Shown in pieces: positions 13,505 through 26,845 of a DNA stretch of 64,000 nucleotides. This stretch comes from Eledone cirrhosa (Eukaryota), in the NCBI GenBank assembly GCA_964016885.1, contig OZ024743.1:183706001-183770000 (forward strand). Reading direction: 5' to 3'. Positions within the stretch are counted from its first letter, which is position 1. Every line of letters starts with the position of its first letter. The notes below the pieces were generated by a model. That model had not been told where the DNA came from. It was given only the letters and a program-made list of their open reading frames with translations, and made no database searches. The position numbers and the translations under genes were made by a program.

Positions 13505-14534
13505 CATACATACCTATATGATAGTTAGGTGTGTAACTACAGTTCCAGTAGGCATGCCATTCGAAGCACTCAATGCTGTTATGAGGTCTGTCTCATTTGG
13601 GTTGTATTCGTGTGGGTTCACAGACATGAGGTTGTGAGTTCGATTCCTGGACCAGGCGTTGCATTGCATCTTTCAGGAAGGTGCTTTATTTTACAGTCCC
13701 TTTTTTAACTGAGGTCACCTCCCAGTATATATCAGGAATCCTCCTATTTACGTGTGTAGGTGTGTGCGGTCATTGAATTAATTGGCAAAGATTCACTCAC
13801 TGATTATGTTTCAACCATATATATCATAGATATATTTCTTTACATCATAGATATATTATTTCATATATTCATCATTGCCACCCTGTTTACGTATTTCTTC
13901 TGTGACCTTAAATCTAAACATTAGCTACATCAGTCTCACTTTTGTGGGTGGCCAGTAAAGGATTGATTGACATGACTACTCCTCTGTCTTATATGTGCAC
14001 ACACACATACATCATCACCATCATTGTTTAATGTCCATCTTTCCATGCTAGCATGGGTTAGATAAGTTGTCCTATGTGAGAAAAGTCAGATCAGATAACT
14101 GTGCCTTTCTCTCACACACAAACACACATATATATTTATATATATTTATCTGGTAACTTTGTCACTGGTTTAGAATAGGTGCAACATATCCCTGTTTGTT
14201 TTAAGAAGCGACCACCAGGGTTAGTCTTAGGAAAGTTCATTCGGCTGTAAAACATTGCCTCAAAAAGTCCTATCCAATCCATGTCAGTATGGAAAGGTTG
14301 ATGTAAAAATAATCTCTCTGGCCAGTTACTAAACACTGTATCCTCCAGTCTTTCACACTGCCTCTACTGGTGGATGACCCTTTTGTATCATGGCACAGGG
14401 CCACTTGGTCATGTGAGGTTCAGTTTTTTTAGGTCATTCCTCACAACTTTGTTGCATATCTTCCTTGGTCCCTTTTTATCTTTGTATGTGTGTATATATA
14501 TATATATATACACACACACAGACAGACACACACA

Positions 14535-14871
14535 TAGTGGAACCTCGGTTCACGAACTTAATTCATTCTTGAAGGCCGTTCATCACGTGCAAGTTCGTAA
14601 ACTGAAATGATTTTTCCCATATGAAATGTTGAGAGAAATACAATCAGAGAGACTGTGTGTGAGAGACAGATAGATATCACCATAGTAACTAACTACACAG
14701 TAAGTGACGTTTTCCTGCTGATACTCTAAGCTTGTTACCAACTGTTGTTACCGACTTGTGAGTTTGTTACTCGAAACACCATTTGGGAGCAAAGACATTT
14801 TATGTTCTGAAAAATTGTTTGTGAACTGATTTGTTCCTGATGCTTGGCATTTGTGAACTGAGGTTCCACTG
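14535..14871. mobile_element. Tigger/pogo-type (Tc1-mariner superfamily) MITE
   Basis: TIRs (c/t)agtggaacctcggttcacgaa ... ttgtgaactgaggttccactg, in a CA/TG tract. Confidence 0.85.
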
Positions 14872-14976
14872 TGTGTGTATATATATATATGTATATGAAA
14901 GAGAGAGAGAGAGATCTCTCTGTACTTGACAGATGAGAGAAAAGAGTACTTGGTACTGAAGTATAGTTTAAATATT

Positions 14977-15107
14977 CATTTATTAAGGCTTAATAGTAAG
15001 TCCTGGAGTTTCACCTGCTTGCTCTCAGGGTCACTAGACAAGAACACCTGTGAGTGAGCGGGTGATACTCCTGAGTAATAAGACTCACTATTTAGCCATA
15101 ATAAATG
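14977..15107. repeat. Imperfect ~130-bp palindrome with hammerhead-like arms (probable inverted Penelope pseudo-LTR remnant)
   Basis: catttattaaggcttaatagtaagtc pairs with gactcactatttagccataataaatg; ggagtttcacctgcttgctctcagg pairs with cctgtgagtgagcgggtgatactcc. Confidence 0.6.
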
Positions 15108-15727
15108 TGTGTATACACGCACACGCGCACGTAAAAGTGCAGGTAAAGTTTCACAATAAGGTAAATTGATTCATCTCATGTAGAATCTATAAAATATTAA
15201 GAATCAACTTTGAATGAAGAAATCCAATGGGTTGTATGAATGTAGAAGTACAAAGCACACAAATAATAATGGATGAGAAAGTTCACACAAAAATAGGGTG
15301 AAAAACCTCACACAAACTCCATTTTCTCTTAATATTTTTAATGTTTATTTTGTCTCCTGTTGGCCTTCCCTATTTAAATTTTTATTTTACTTTTTATATT
15401 CACTTATCTCTGTATATCTTGTGTCATTTTGTTTCTCAACTGTAAGAAGTATTCAATACTTCCCCTAGTCTGTCATGGCTTACTAGCTCTATACGGACCT
15501 TTAAATTGATTAAATAAATAAATAAATGACCTGTTAGAGAACACAAAGTTGAAAAAAAGAAAATCATTGGGAGTTAATATGATTGACTAAATCCCTTGAA
15601 GGTGGGGACTATTGATGGTAGGGCTTCATCATGGCTGCATTGTAATATTTAAAATTAGTGAAATATGAAAACAATAATTTACATGTTTGTGTTTTCACAT
15701 GTGTGTGTGTATATACACACATACATA

Positions 15728-15779
<52 letters not shown>

Positions 15780-15781
<2 letters not shown>

Positions 15782-16618
15782 GTGATACCTCGCAGTACGT
15801 GTTTAATTCATTCCATGGCTGAGCATGTTTTACGATTTACTTGTTTTACAAATCAATTTTCCCCATTGAAATTAATTAAAATATAGTTAATCCGTTCTAT
15901 CCCCATAAAACCACCCCAAAATAATTTTTTATGGGTTTTAAAACAGAAAAAGTATAGTTACAAGGAAAATGACAATTATAAAAACATAATAAAAGAGAAT
16001 GCAACGATTTGTGTGCGAGGGAGATGATGGAACGGGGAGGAGGAGAATTATTGTTTGGAAGGAGAATCTCCTTCCATTAAGATTTCAGGAAGAACAATTT
16101 CTGGCATTTTCTCTCTCACTTAGAAACATATTAAAAGAAGTCTGCTTTTTCCTGCCTTTCAAAATGTTACGAAAATGCGCCGGAGCAGTGTAATTAAATA
16201 ATGCAGCTTCACATCATGTAGATACTTTTTCAGGATGATTTTTTTTCTATAAATTCAGAAATATGATATTTGCCAACACTGCCTTTATGTCAGAGATAGC
16301 CTTCTCTGCTACAATGTCCTCCTCCAGGGAACCAATCTCTTCCACTAGTTATTATAAAATAATAGCAAAAAAAAGCACAAAACTAAAAAAAGTACAATAG
16401 GGATGCTACCACAACGAGATAAATACCTGAACTGAGCGAGCGGAGGCTGCACTTGTTGGGAGTGTGTGTGTGCAAGCTCAGCGCCGACTAGCGGTCATTT
16501 GTATGAAACACACTTGTACTGTGGATTTCCACTCGTACTGCAAGACAAAAATTTGCATGAGCCTCGGCTCGCACAGCATATTACTCATACAATGGAGCAC
16601 TCATACTGTGAGGTTCTA

Positions 16619-16621
<3 letters not shown>
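15780..16621 (-). mobile_element. Internally deleted Tigger/pogo DNA transposon with transposase C-terminal remnant
   Basis: TIRs cagtgatacctcgcagtacg ... catactgtgaggttctactg followed by TA; the minus strand at ~16048-16346 encodes HFRNILKGRKKQTS...LMEGDSPSKQ*. Confidence 0.88.
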
Positions 16622-16674
<53 letters not shown>

Positions 16675-17169
16675 TATAGAATGATGATATATTTGAAAGT
16701 ATATTTGGTTCTTTGCAAAACTACAACAATGCTTGTTTTTTAACTATAAGAATGTAATATAGAATATATTGGTGATATGACCCTTTGAGATAGAAAAACT
16801 GAACAGAGCTTTCAGTAGAAATTGGAGCTTACATCTGCCATACTCTAGAGTGCTCCTACCACTTCTCTCTATCTAGTATTTTCTGTAAATACTCTCAAAT
16901 ATAAGCTGAGCCCCACCACTATCTTATGTTTGAGAAATAGGCAAAGATCCATTCCCTATTTATAAGTTGAGGCAGAAGTAATCAAGACATTGTGTTTAGA
17001 TGATGTAGTTTTGAAATTCTCATGAGTGGAGAATATATTTATGAAGTTTTAATATTTTGATATTTTAAATGTTTTAAGTGTCGTTTAGAGGATAGTTTTT
17101 GTTTCACAAATCCACTACATATCTATTTTCATTTACAAATCCATTACGTATCCACTGTGTGTCAGCAGT

Positions 17170-17545
17170 ATCTTCTTCCTCTTCTTTTTTGCCCACTTAT
17201 TCCTGAAACACTCCTTCCAGTATGTCCTGTCAGAAGTAACTATCTCCAACTGATCTGGCTGGATCCCCAAGCGAGACTAGACAAGTTCATGGATGTTATC
17301 CAACCATCTTGCTCAGGGTCTAGCCATGGGTCTCTTACAGGTTAGTTTTGCCTGTAAAATCTGTCCAACAATTCTTTCTTGAGACATTCTAACTACATTT
17401 CCATAGTATCAGAGCTATGATCTCTCAATTCAGAGAAGTAGCCACTCTACCTGAAGTGACTCTCTGATCTCCGAGCTACACACTCTCGAGTAACGTTACT
17501 CCAAAGACCCTTTGGAGGAACCCCATTTCAGCTGCTTGGATTTAT
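17170..17545 (-). mobile_element. Old LINE 3' fragment (RTE-like; ...RPRARWLDNIHEL...), (GAA)n tail
   Basis: Similar short copies at ~30950-31110 (+), ~43010-42850 region (+) and ~45640-45805 (+). Confidence 0.7.
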
Positions 17546-18021
17546 ATATATAATTTTTTCCAACTCCACCCTGCCCGTCCCTTCAATCTTTCTAATTTCT
17601 CATTCTTTCTTCTGATGAAGGAATAGCGTCCAAAACCTAAAGACCCTCTTCCTGCTATTTCAAGCGTTAACCTAATATATTCCTTCCGTATACTGTACTG
17701 ACTGTGTTGTTATTTCTGCTTACCTTTTACACACACACGCAATGCACACACACAGTAGGAAGGGGTGGTTATGTTTCTAGAGAGTCGATATCATATTTGT
17801 GTTGTAAACAAATGCACGTTGATGACATGATGCTCAAAAACAAAAATGACTACTTAAGCAGAATTTAATCCTCTTCCAGGATAAAAATACCTGTGATAAT
17901 ATGGAATTTAATGAATATATACACAGACACCTTCTAGGTGTGTGATATATTGGTGCATATATCTCTGTCAGCTGGTTGTAATACTTAGGTCTATTAAATG
18001 CTTCATATATTATCAGTCAAA

Positions 18022-19980
18022 CATCATCATCATCATCGTTTAACGTCCATGTTCCACGCTTGCATGGGTTTGGACGGAGTTTTCCCACTTGAGGCAAGAG
18101 TGGTTGTCTTGCTCGCATAGGGCTGTCTGGTGGGTTTTCTACAGCTGGATGCCCTTCCTAACACCAACCACATTTACAGTGTGGGGCTGGGAGGTTTTTA
18201 CCGTGTTGCCTACACGGCCACATTACAGCGTGGACTGTCTGGCAGGTTTTCTACAGCTGGATGCCCTTCCTAACACCAACCACATTTACAGTGTGGGGCT
18301 GGAAGGTTTTTACCGTGTTGCCTACACGGCCACATTACAGCGTGGACTGTCTGGCGGGTTTTCTACAGCTGGATGCCCTTCCTAACACCAACCACATTTA
18401 CAGTGTGGGGCTGGGAGGTTTTTACCGTGTTGCCTACACGGCCACATTACAGCGTGGACTGTCTGGCAGGTTTTCTACAGCTGGATGCCCTTCCTAACAC
18501 CAACCACATTTACAGTGTGGGGCTGGAAGGTTTTTACCGTGTTGCCTACACGGCCACATTACAGCGTGGACTGTCTGGCGGGTTTTCTACAGCTGGATGC
18601 CCTTCCTAACACCAACCACATTTACAGTGTGGGGCTGGGAGGTTTTTACCGTGTTGCCTACACGGCCACATTACAGCGTGGACTGTCTGGCGGGTTATCT
18701 ACAGCTGGATGCCCTTCCTAACACCAACCAGATTTACAGTGTGGGGCTGGAAGGTTTTTACCGTGTTGCCTACACGGCCACATTACAGCGTGGACTGTCT
18801 GGCGGGTTTTCTACAGCTGGATGCCCTTCCTAACACCAACCACATTTACAGTGTGGGGCTGGGAGGTTTTTACCGTGTTGCCTACACGGCCTCATTACAG
18901 CGTGGACTGTCTGGCGGGTTTTCTACAGCTGGATGCCCTTCCTAACACCAACCACATTTACAGTGTGAGGCTGGGAGGTTTTTACCATGTTGCCTACACG
19001 GCCACATTACAGCGTGGACTGTCTGGCGGGTTTTCTACAGCTGGATGCCCTTCCTAACACCAACCACATTTACAGTGTGGGGCTGGGAGATTTTTACCGT
19101 GTTGCCTACACGGCCACATTACAGCGTGGACTGTGTGTTTTTTTGTCGTGACACCTACACGATCTCATTTGTTTCGGCCTGGATGTTGTGGCACCAACAT
19201 AACTTTACATTGAAAGGGGCGGTGTGGATGGGGTGGAGGGGGGGGGTGTATTTTGTTAGAGATGCCTACTGACTGTAGTAGGTTTTACTTTGTATTTAGG
19301 TAAGGCGGGTCTTCTCTATTACTGAGTACCGCCAAAGATCTCGGTCCAGTGACATTGTCTTGAAGAGGTGTAAGTGTGTGAGGTCGGAGTTTATCAGGTC
19401 GTCCCAGGTTTTTCTGGGTCTGCCTACTCCGTGGCTACCGTCTATCATCACTTTCTCCCATTTATTCTCCTCATTTAGTAGCCTCTCGTAGTGACACTTC
19501 CAAGCTACCTTCTTATCAGCGTCAGTGATGGCAAGTACGCCATCATCATTAAGTACACACTTCTCCCCGACAATATCACGGTTTTCCTTGACACATTGCC
19601 TAGCAATCCTGAACACCTCACGTTTTTGGTCCTCGCGTTGTAGAACATGCTTGAACTTTCTTTCCTCTGCTTCCCTTCTTGCGAAGTACACTTGTCTCCT
19701 AGCTTCCCTCCTGGCCACTTGATAGTCTTCTCTACTTCCCCCATCCCGCCATACTTTCCAAGCCTGCTTTTTGGCCTTAATTGACTCCTCCACCTTACTG
19801 TTCCACCACCATGTTACTCTCCTCCTGCCTACAGGCCTGCTCCAACCACAGACTTCGTCAGCCGCCATCAGCAGGTTTGCTTTCAGGAATTCCCACTGTT
19901 CCTCTATATTGTACGACTCTAATTGCTCTTCCTTACTGTCGAAAGCATCAAGTAATATGCTTTTAAATTTATTTCTGGCT
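18022..19980 (-). mobile_element. RTE LINE derivative with RT domain deleted in frame and 3' UTR tandemly amplified
   Basis: ORF 19296-20009 runs ...HYERLLNEENKWEKVM directly into IDGSHGVGRPRKTW...KTRLT*; (ATG)n tail at ~18022-18037. Confidence 0.9.
18122..19135. repeat. 112-bp tandem repeat x9 derived from the LINE 3' UTR
   Basis: The ATG of gatgcccttcc recurs at 18149, 18261, 18373, 18485, 18597, 18709, 18821, 18933 and 19045. Confidence 0.97.
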
Positions 19981-20382
19981 GGGTAACAAATTAAACAGCA
20001 GGGTAACAAATTAAAACCACTGGTTCATTCTAGGTATAGGTCTCAGTAGCACACTGCTATGATATCTATGGCTTCACAACTTTGTTAGACTCTATTGGAA
20101 ATGATTGAAATTATTTCAGGTAAATCTTTTTTATTTGTTTACTTATTTAAACACAATCATATTCTGCAAAGAAAATTTATTAAAGTCAATATGTGACTGA
20201 AGTATTGGTCAAAACATTATAAAGTAGATGTGACTTATCTGGTGTTACAACTTCTATTTAGTATATATGGTATATGTTTGTTTTTACTGAGATTTTTTTT
20301 AGAAATTTACTAAGTTGTATGTTTTGTGACTTTGGAAGATATTTGTTGTTTTTAGGGGTGATTTTGAAAAGAGCTAACTACT

Positions 20383-20597
20383 TTAATCCTTTCATGACTG
20401 TATTTCTAATGAAATATATTCTATTTAAATTAATTCATGAGGAGTTTTGATGAATTTAATAAGATAGTAACTTAACATATGGTTCTTATATAAAATTATG
20501 TTGAAAGATTTTAATTTAAATCGGAAACCTTTATTGAAGGTGGTTTTGTTTCATAAAGCCACAGCTGGTTTCAGCATGTTGGCATCTAAAGGATTTA
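20383..20597. mobile_element. Degenerate piggyBac-type MITE (possible)
   Basis: ttaa-tccttt ... aaagga-ttta ends, loosely resembling the elements at 29033 and 46287. Confidence 0.35.
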
Positions 20598-20659
20598 GTT
20601 TTTTAAGTCTATGGATGGTTTAAGATATGTCTATGGCCATGTTCTCACAATATCATAAG

Positions 20660-20890
20660 CAGTAACTGCTCTATATTGTTGCTGCTGTCTTTGTTGTTGT
20701 TGTTGTGTCTCTGTTACAATATTGTTCTCTATGTTGTTGTTGTTGTGTCTCTGTTACAATATTGTTCTCTATATTGGTGTTGTGTCTCTGTTACAATATC
20801 AGCAGTAATTTCTCTATATTGTTGTTGTATCTGTTACAATAACATCAGCAGTAACCTTTCTATATTGTTGCTGTTGTCATTTTTGTTGCT
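20660..20890. repeat. Degenerate ~35-45-bp minisatellite (tctgttacaata...tctatattgttg)
   Basis: Directly visible, about 5 copies. Confidence 0.8.
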
Positions 20891-21074
20891 GCTGTGTATC
20901 CTGAAAGTTATGTATTGGCGTGTGTACTATTGAAACTTAATGTGAGAGATATGAAAGTTTCTGCTGTCCTCTAGTTGATGGTTGATCTGGACCCTGGAAA
21001 AGGAATTTGTTGAGATAGTTTTTTAAACTTATAAAATATACTTTGATGAAATGTCTTCACTTTTTCAGAAGGCA

Positions 21075-21119
<45 letters not shown>

Positions 21120-21479
21120 TATTCTGAAAATAACATTTACGTTCTACCTACATTTATTGAGTGTTTATTCATTTATGTTTGAATGTTATAAGTTCTATGG
21201 TATTTTAAACACCCATTCTAATGTGTGTGCATGAGAGAGAGAGAGAGAGAGAGATTTACATACATGCTTGCAGCAAATTGTATCCCTCTGTTGATATTTA
21301 TATTTCACTATGGCGTTAATACTTAAAGTATTCTATCTTGAGTTATTAATATATTGTCATAGTCCTGTCATTGGTATCACCACTACAAATGTTTTGGTAG
21401 CTGTTTTAGATACTTGTTTAAGTAAACCTATGAATGTATACCACAGTATGTTGCTCTGTATAGATGTGTGTGTTTGTGT

Positions 21480-22050
<571 letters not shown>

Positions 22051-22114
22051 GCAAGTGTAAGTATGTAAGTACATAAACAAAATCGAAATTAAAATAATGT
22101 AAAATGGCTGTATG

Positions 22115-22145
<31 letters not shown>

Positions 22146-22999
22146 AATTACCGACTTCCACCCTCTGGTGACCATCTTTCAGGTAAGCGCCTTACCACTT
22201 CCAAGCATGTTCCTGGTCATCCTGAAAATTCCACACAGCGGCTTGGCAGCAGCAGCAGTTTGGCTAGCTCCCTCTCCAGTTTGGGAGGTAAAAATCTCTG
22301 AATACTGCTGTCACTGCTTTATAATAATAATATACTAAAATCTCACCTCACTAATGGGACTCTATACTTTTGCCTACTTATTTTTTGCTTCTCTCTTCTA
22401 CTACTTAGCTAACTGCTTCCTAACCAACAACAATAAGACAATACTGTATCACACTTTTACTTGGTACTTATTGTGGCACTATCTCATCTATCAACATTTT
22501 CAGTTGTTTTTTTATATTATTATCTCGCTCCCTCTCCACACACAATATCTTTTTTTTTTTACCTTAATTAGTCAAATGCTGGTGGCCAAATATTTGATTT
22601 CTGTTTACAGGTGGCAAGATGAAATATTGAAATGATTGAGATACATCCTACCAATGCAATTAGTACGAAATATAGGTCTCACTTCTGAATCATGTGCTTG
22701 CTTTCCTCCCCAGACTGCTGGTTCATTAGGGTTGCAGAAAATTACAATTTTATTTCAATGGTTTATTTATCTATTCATTTATTTATTATTTTTTCTTCAG
22801 TATTCATTTGTTTGAAATATATATATATATATTTATGTGTGTGCTTCAATGTATGTATGTATGTATACATAATACATATGCATGAATGTGTGCGTGTGTA
22901 TATATATTTATATATTTAACACACGCCTATAGACATATACATCTATCTATTTCTATACACACATTTTATTATTGTTTTAGTATTTATTCTCAAAAGACT

Positions 23000-23250
23000 C
23001 CTTAAAACAACTGTTGTCTAGGTAGTGCTACCTTAAACAACTGTTGTCTAGGTAGTATTACCTTAAAACAACTGTTTAGGTAGTGCTACCTTAAAACAAC
23101 TGTTGTCTAGTATTACCTTATAACAACTGTTGTCTAGTATTACCTTATAACAACTGTTGTCTAGTATTACCTTATAACAACTGTTGTCTAGTATTACCTT
23201 ATAACAACTGTTGTCTAGTATTACCTTATAACAATTGTTGTCTAGGTAGT
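23000..23250. repeat. 27-bp minisatellite (taacaactgttgtctagtattacctta), about 8-9 copies
   Basis: Directly visible; gives the KVILDNSCY pseudo-ORF. Confidence 0.95.
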
Positions 23251-23324
23251 TTGACTTTAAAACAACATAAAAAAACAACCACCAAACAAACGTAACTGAA
23301 CTTTAATTATTGATATAAGATTGT

Positions 23325-23520
23325 AATAGATAGCGTCAGCAACATGCTTTGTGGTATAGAGTTACGGCCCTTTACATTCTGAGTTCAAATCTCGATGAGG
23401 TTAGCTTTGCCTTTTATCTTTACGGGGTCGATAAAATAAAGCACCAGTAATGTACTGGGGGTCGATTTAATCCTGAAATTGTTGGCCTTGTGCCTAAATC
23501 AAAAACCATTATTATTATTA
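23325..23520 (+). mobile_element. tRNA-derived SINE with Meta-domain-like core (gccttt(c)atc..cggggtcgataaaataa.gtaccag)
   Basis: B-box gagttcaaatc plus the conserved core. Further copies at ~25645-25840, 33680-33820, 35140-35275, 35390-35595, 40410-40615 (+) and 46130-47305 (-). Confidence 0.75.
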
Positions 23521-23565
23521 TTGTTGTTATATCTTTTGGCAACAACAATGATTAACCGAACCATT

Positions 23566-23633
<68 letters not shown>

Positions 23634-24359
23634 TCACACACACATATGTATGTATATATTTTTATTTTCAAGAAATTTTTATGACTTAGTCGGCGTTGCC
23701 ACCGATCATTACACTAATCAAAACTCAATATATATATATATAGTTAAGTGTGATTTCATATTTTAAAAGACTGAGCCCTCAATATAAACATAGAAGTAAT
23801 TTATATATTTAAATACATGGTATTAATACCATATGCAAGGAACTCTGTTTTAAAGTCATTGTTTACAAATGTACGTATTCTCCATTAGACACACAAGTTC
23901 TGAAAGGAGACAGTACATCTTTTTTCAACAATTTCTATGAAACCATTAGTTTCTTGAATGTGCTACTAATCTCACGTGTGTACACATACATGATATATTT
24001 CTCTATGAAAGTATTTTAACACACACACTCACAATTATGAAAGGCAAGTAGTAAATAGTATAAATCAGTTAATAAACTTAGTCAAATGGAATATATAGAA
24101 ATAACAGCCAACAAGGGATTAAACGAGTTTTCCATTATGTGGTTGCTCAACCTGTTAGAAATAGCCATCAAATCTTTTCATCTTAAAAAATGGATACATA
24201 GGATAATGTGACTGAACATAAGATGATATGGTCATGGTATGAATGCCTTTGATCATTAGTTCACTAGATCAGAAATGACTGGCAACAATATATACTCTTT
24301 TATAAATAAACCAACAAATGATCAATGAACCTCTGTTAGTTCTGTTGATGAGTGTTCAA

Positions 24360-24632
24360 GTTGTTTGAGCAACAGAACAGCCTGTTCATGAAATTAATGT
24401 GTAAGCGGCTGAAGATTCCACAGACATGTGTACCAAAAATGTAATTTTCATGGAGATTCAACTTGACACTGTGTGTGACAAAGTTGGTTCTTTGAATTAC
24501 ATATACAGTCCATCCAATAGGCTTCCAAACAGTTTCTGTCTACTCAATTTCACTCACAAAGCATTGGTCGGCCTGGTATTACAGTAAATGGCACTTGCCC
24601 AAGATGCCGAGCTATGGGATCAAGTCCTGGAC
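24360..24632 (-). mobile_element. tRNA-derived SINE, second family (acagaacagcctg.tc.tgaaattaa..tg.aag.ggctga core)
   Basis: The same core recurs at ~31500-31805 and ~38955-39238; the latter retains the tRNA-like head on the minus strand. Confidence 0.7.
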
Positions 24633-24814
24633 CTAATAAATGATTTAATATAATGGTAATGTGCATCAAGATAGTTTACATAAGACCATCATAAAAGCAG
24701 ATATGAAGGGAGAAAATTAAGGATCATATAAAGTAGCACCAATCTTCAGTCATGGATAATATCTCACATAACTTCTTTACTGAGTTTCTCACCCTTTGTT
24801 ATATTAATACCTCT

Positions 24815-25312
24815 GTGATAACTCACAGTTCACATACTTTAAATACTTATGTGTATATAATAGTTCAGTGAAATTATACATATCTATGTATATATATATA
24901 ATGATAACTCACATTTTGCATACTTTAAATACATATCTGTATATAATAGCTCAGTGAAATTATGCATACATATCTATGTATATATATATAATGATAACTC
25001 ACATTTCACATACTTTAAATACATAAGTGTATATAATGGTTCAGTGAAATTATACATGCATGTGTATGTATATATAATAACTCACATTTCATATACTTTA
25101 AATACATATGTGCATATAATAGTTCAGTGAAATTATACATACATGTGATGTATATATATATATATAATAACTCACATTTCACATACTTTAAATACATAGG
25201 TGTATATAATGGGTTAGTAAAATTATACACACATACGTATGTATCGTATGTATATATAATAATAAGTCATGTTTCATATACTTTACATACATATGTGTAT
25301 ATAATGGTTCAG
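24815..25312. repeat. ~87-bp tandem repeat x6 with variable TA spacers
   Basis: ataactcacatttcacatactttaaatacata...ataatagttcagtgaaattatac recurs at ~24818, 24905, 24994, 25077, 25167 and 25260. Confidence 0.92.
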
Positions 25313-25839
25313 ATATATATATATTTTTTTTTTGGTGACTCAATTTGAAAATATTCTATAGAGAATTAATGAACGCTAGTTTGGTATGAGAATAATAACA
25401 ATAATAACAATCACAGTATTATTGATACAGATTAAAGATCATCATCATCAGAAATATTTGTAATAATAATAAATTGTGGAGCAGCAGAAATAGTAGGAAT
25501 CTGAAATTAAATACCTTTTAGTATTTAGTGATATCTCACTACACTCACTTTCAAATGCCACAAAGTCAATTGATTTTCTGTCCCGTTTATCTGGGATTAA
25601 TAAAGATAGGCAGCAGGCATGAACCATATTGAGCTGGTGTTAAAAACTATGGCAGAATTGACAGTGTTGGATAAACTGTTTTGTGGTTATTCGTTGGGGC
25701 TTTTTACATTCTGCTGAAGTAAATTCTCCCTCTTTTCATATCTTCTGGGTTGACAAAATAAAGTACAAGCCAAGTAGTGGAGTTGATTTAGTCAACTTTA
25801 CGCCCCTCCCTCAAATTGCTGGCCTTGACCTTAAATAAG

Positions 25840-25881
<42 letters not shown>

Positions 25882-26577
25882 CCATTATTATTATTATTAT
25901 TAATGTGAGTGTTTTTATGTTTTTGTCATATTTTGGCCAAATATAATATAGTTTAATGAAATTCTGCACATGAGAGTATGAAGAGAAAAGAATAATAATT
26001 TGGTTGATCTGCTGGTAAAAAAAAGAAAGAAATACTTTAAAAATAAAGATTAGTGGAAGAGAAGCATCATGCATGACAGCTATAGTTCCCAGAATGGTGA
26101 GATAAACTCAGATCATGTTTAGTTCGAACTTTCTTTTGATAAATCATTTCCAGATGACTTCAGTTCTGTCGAAGAATAATTAGGCAAAATATTTTATGCA
26201 GAGTCTAGAGGTGGTAGGGATGACAAGAAGGGTTGAGGTGGGTAACTAATGTAATGTACAGCATGTTAATTCAGAAGAGTACAGATGTAGTAATAGTTGC
26301 AATAAAAGTGGAAGAAAGAGGCAACCAGTGATTATAATAGTATATTGGGGAGTCTTTGCAAATCAACAAATTGTATGTAATATGTTATTTTAGATATATA
26401 AACAGTATTTGTGTGTGTAGCAGCAGCTTACTACTGCATATATATAAACAGTATTATAATGTAGGTGCACATTGAGTTTTCTAGGACTGGAGTATTTTAT
26501 GGCTCTAGAGAAGAGTACTAGTTTTTGTGATTGAGTTATGATCGGTGGTGTAAAATTGTTTCTTGGCTATATGTAGT

Positions 26578-26845
26578 AGTGGAGATGCATGGCCTTGTGT
26601 TGGACTTACTATCATAATGTTGTGAGTTTGATTCCTGGACTAAGTTGTGTGTTGTGTGTTTTAATACTTCATTTCACGTTGCTCTTGTATACTCAGCTGA
26701 AATGAGTACCAGCAATAGCTTGGGGTTTAACCCTGCGAAGGACTGATATCCTGCGCAGGAGGAATCTTGTACTCTAAGTCACTTCATACCATGGAAACCA
26801 GGATAAGCACTGGCCTGATGAGCCTCTGGGCTTGAGACAAACTTT
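26578..26845 (+). mobile_element. tRNA-derived SINE with V-domain-like core (ccctgcga.ggactg..atcc) and gcactggcctgatgagcc tail
   Basis: tRNA-like head with gagtttgattcc; second copy at 47746-48022. Confidence 0.75.

Noticed and set aside
18089-19272. Series of near-identical 78-aa ORFs that look like a tandem gene family or a CRISPR array
   Set aside because: They are the 112-bp tandem repeat of a LINE 3' UTR; there are no unique spacers and no cas genes, and the context is eukaryotic.
20033-20119. Plus-strand AG...GT-bounded segment
   Set aside because: Stops in all three frames; it could only be a non-coding exon, and nothing else supports it.
26790-26830. GAAAC...CTGATGAG in the SINE tail as a permuted hammerhead
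   Set aside because: Stem III and stem II cannot be formed convincingly, and the sister copy at 47990 reads CTGATAAG.
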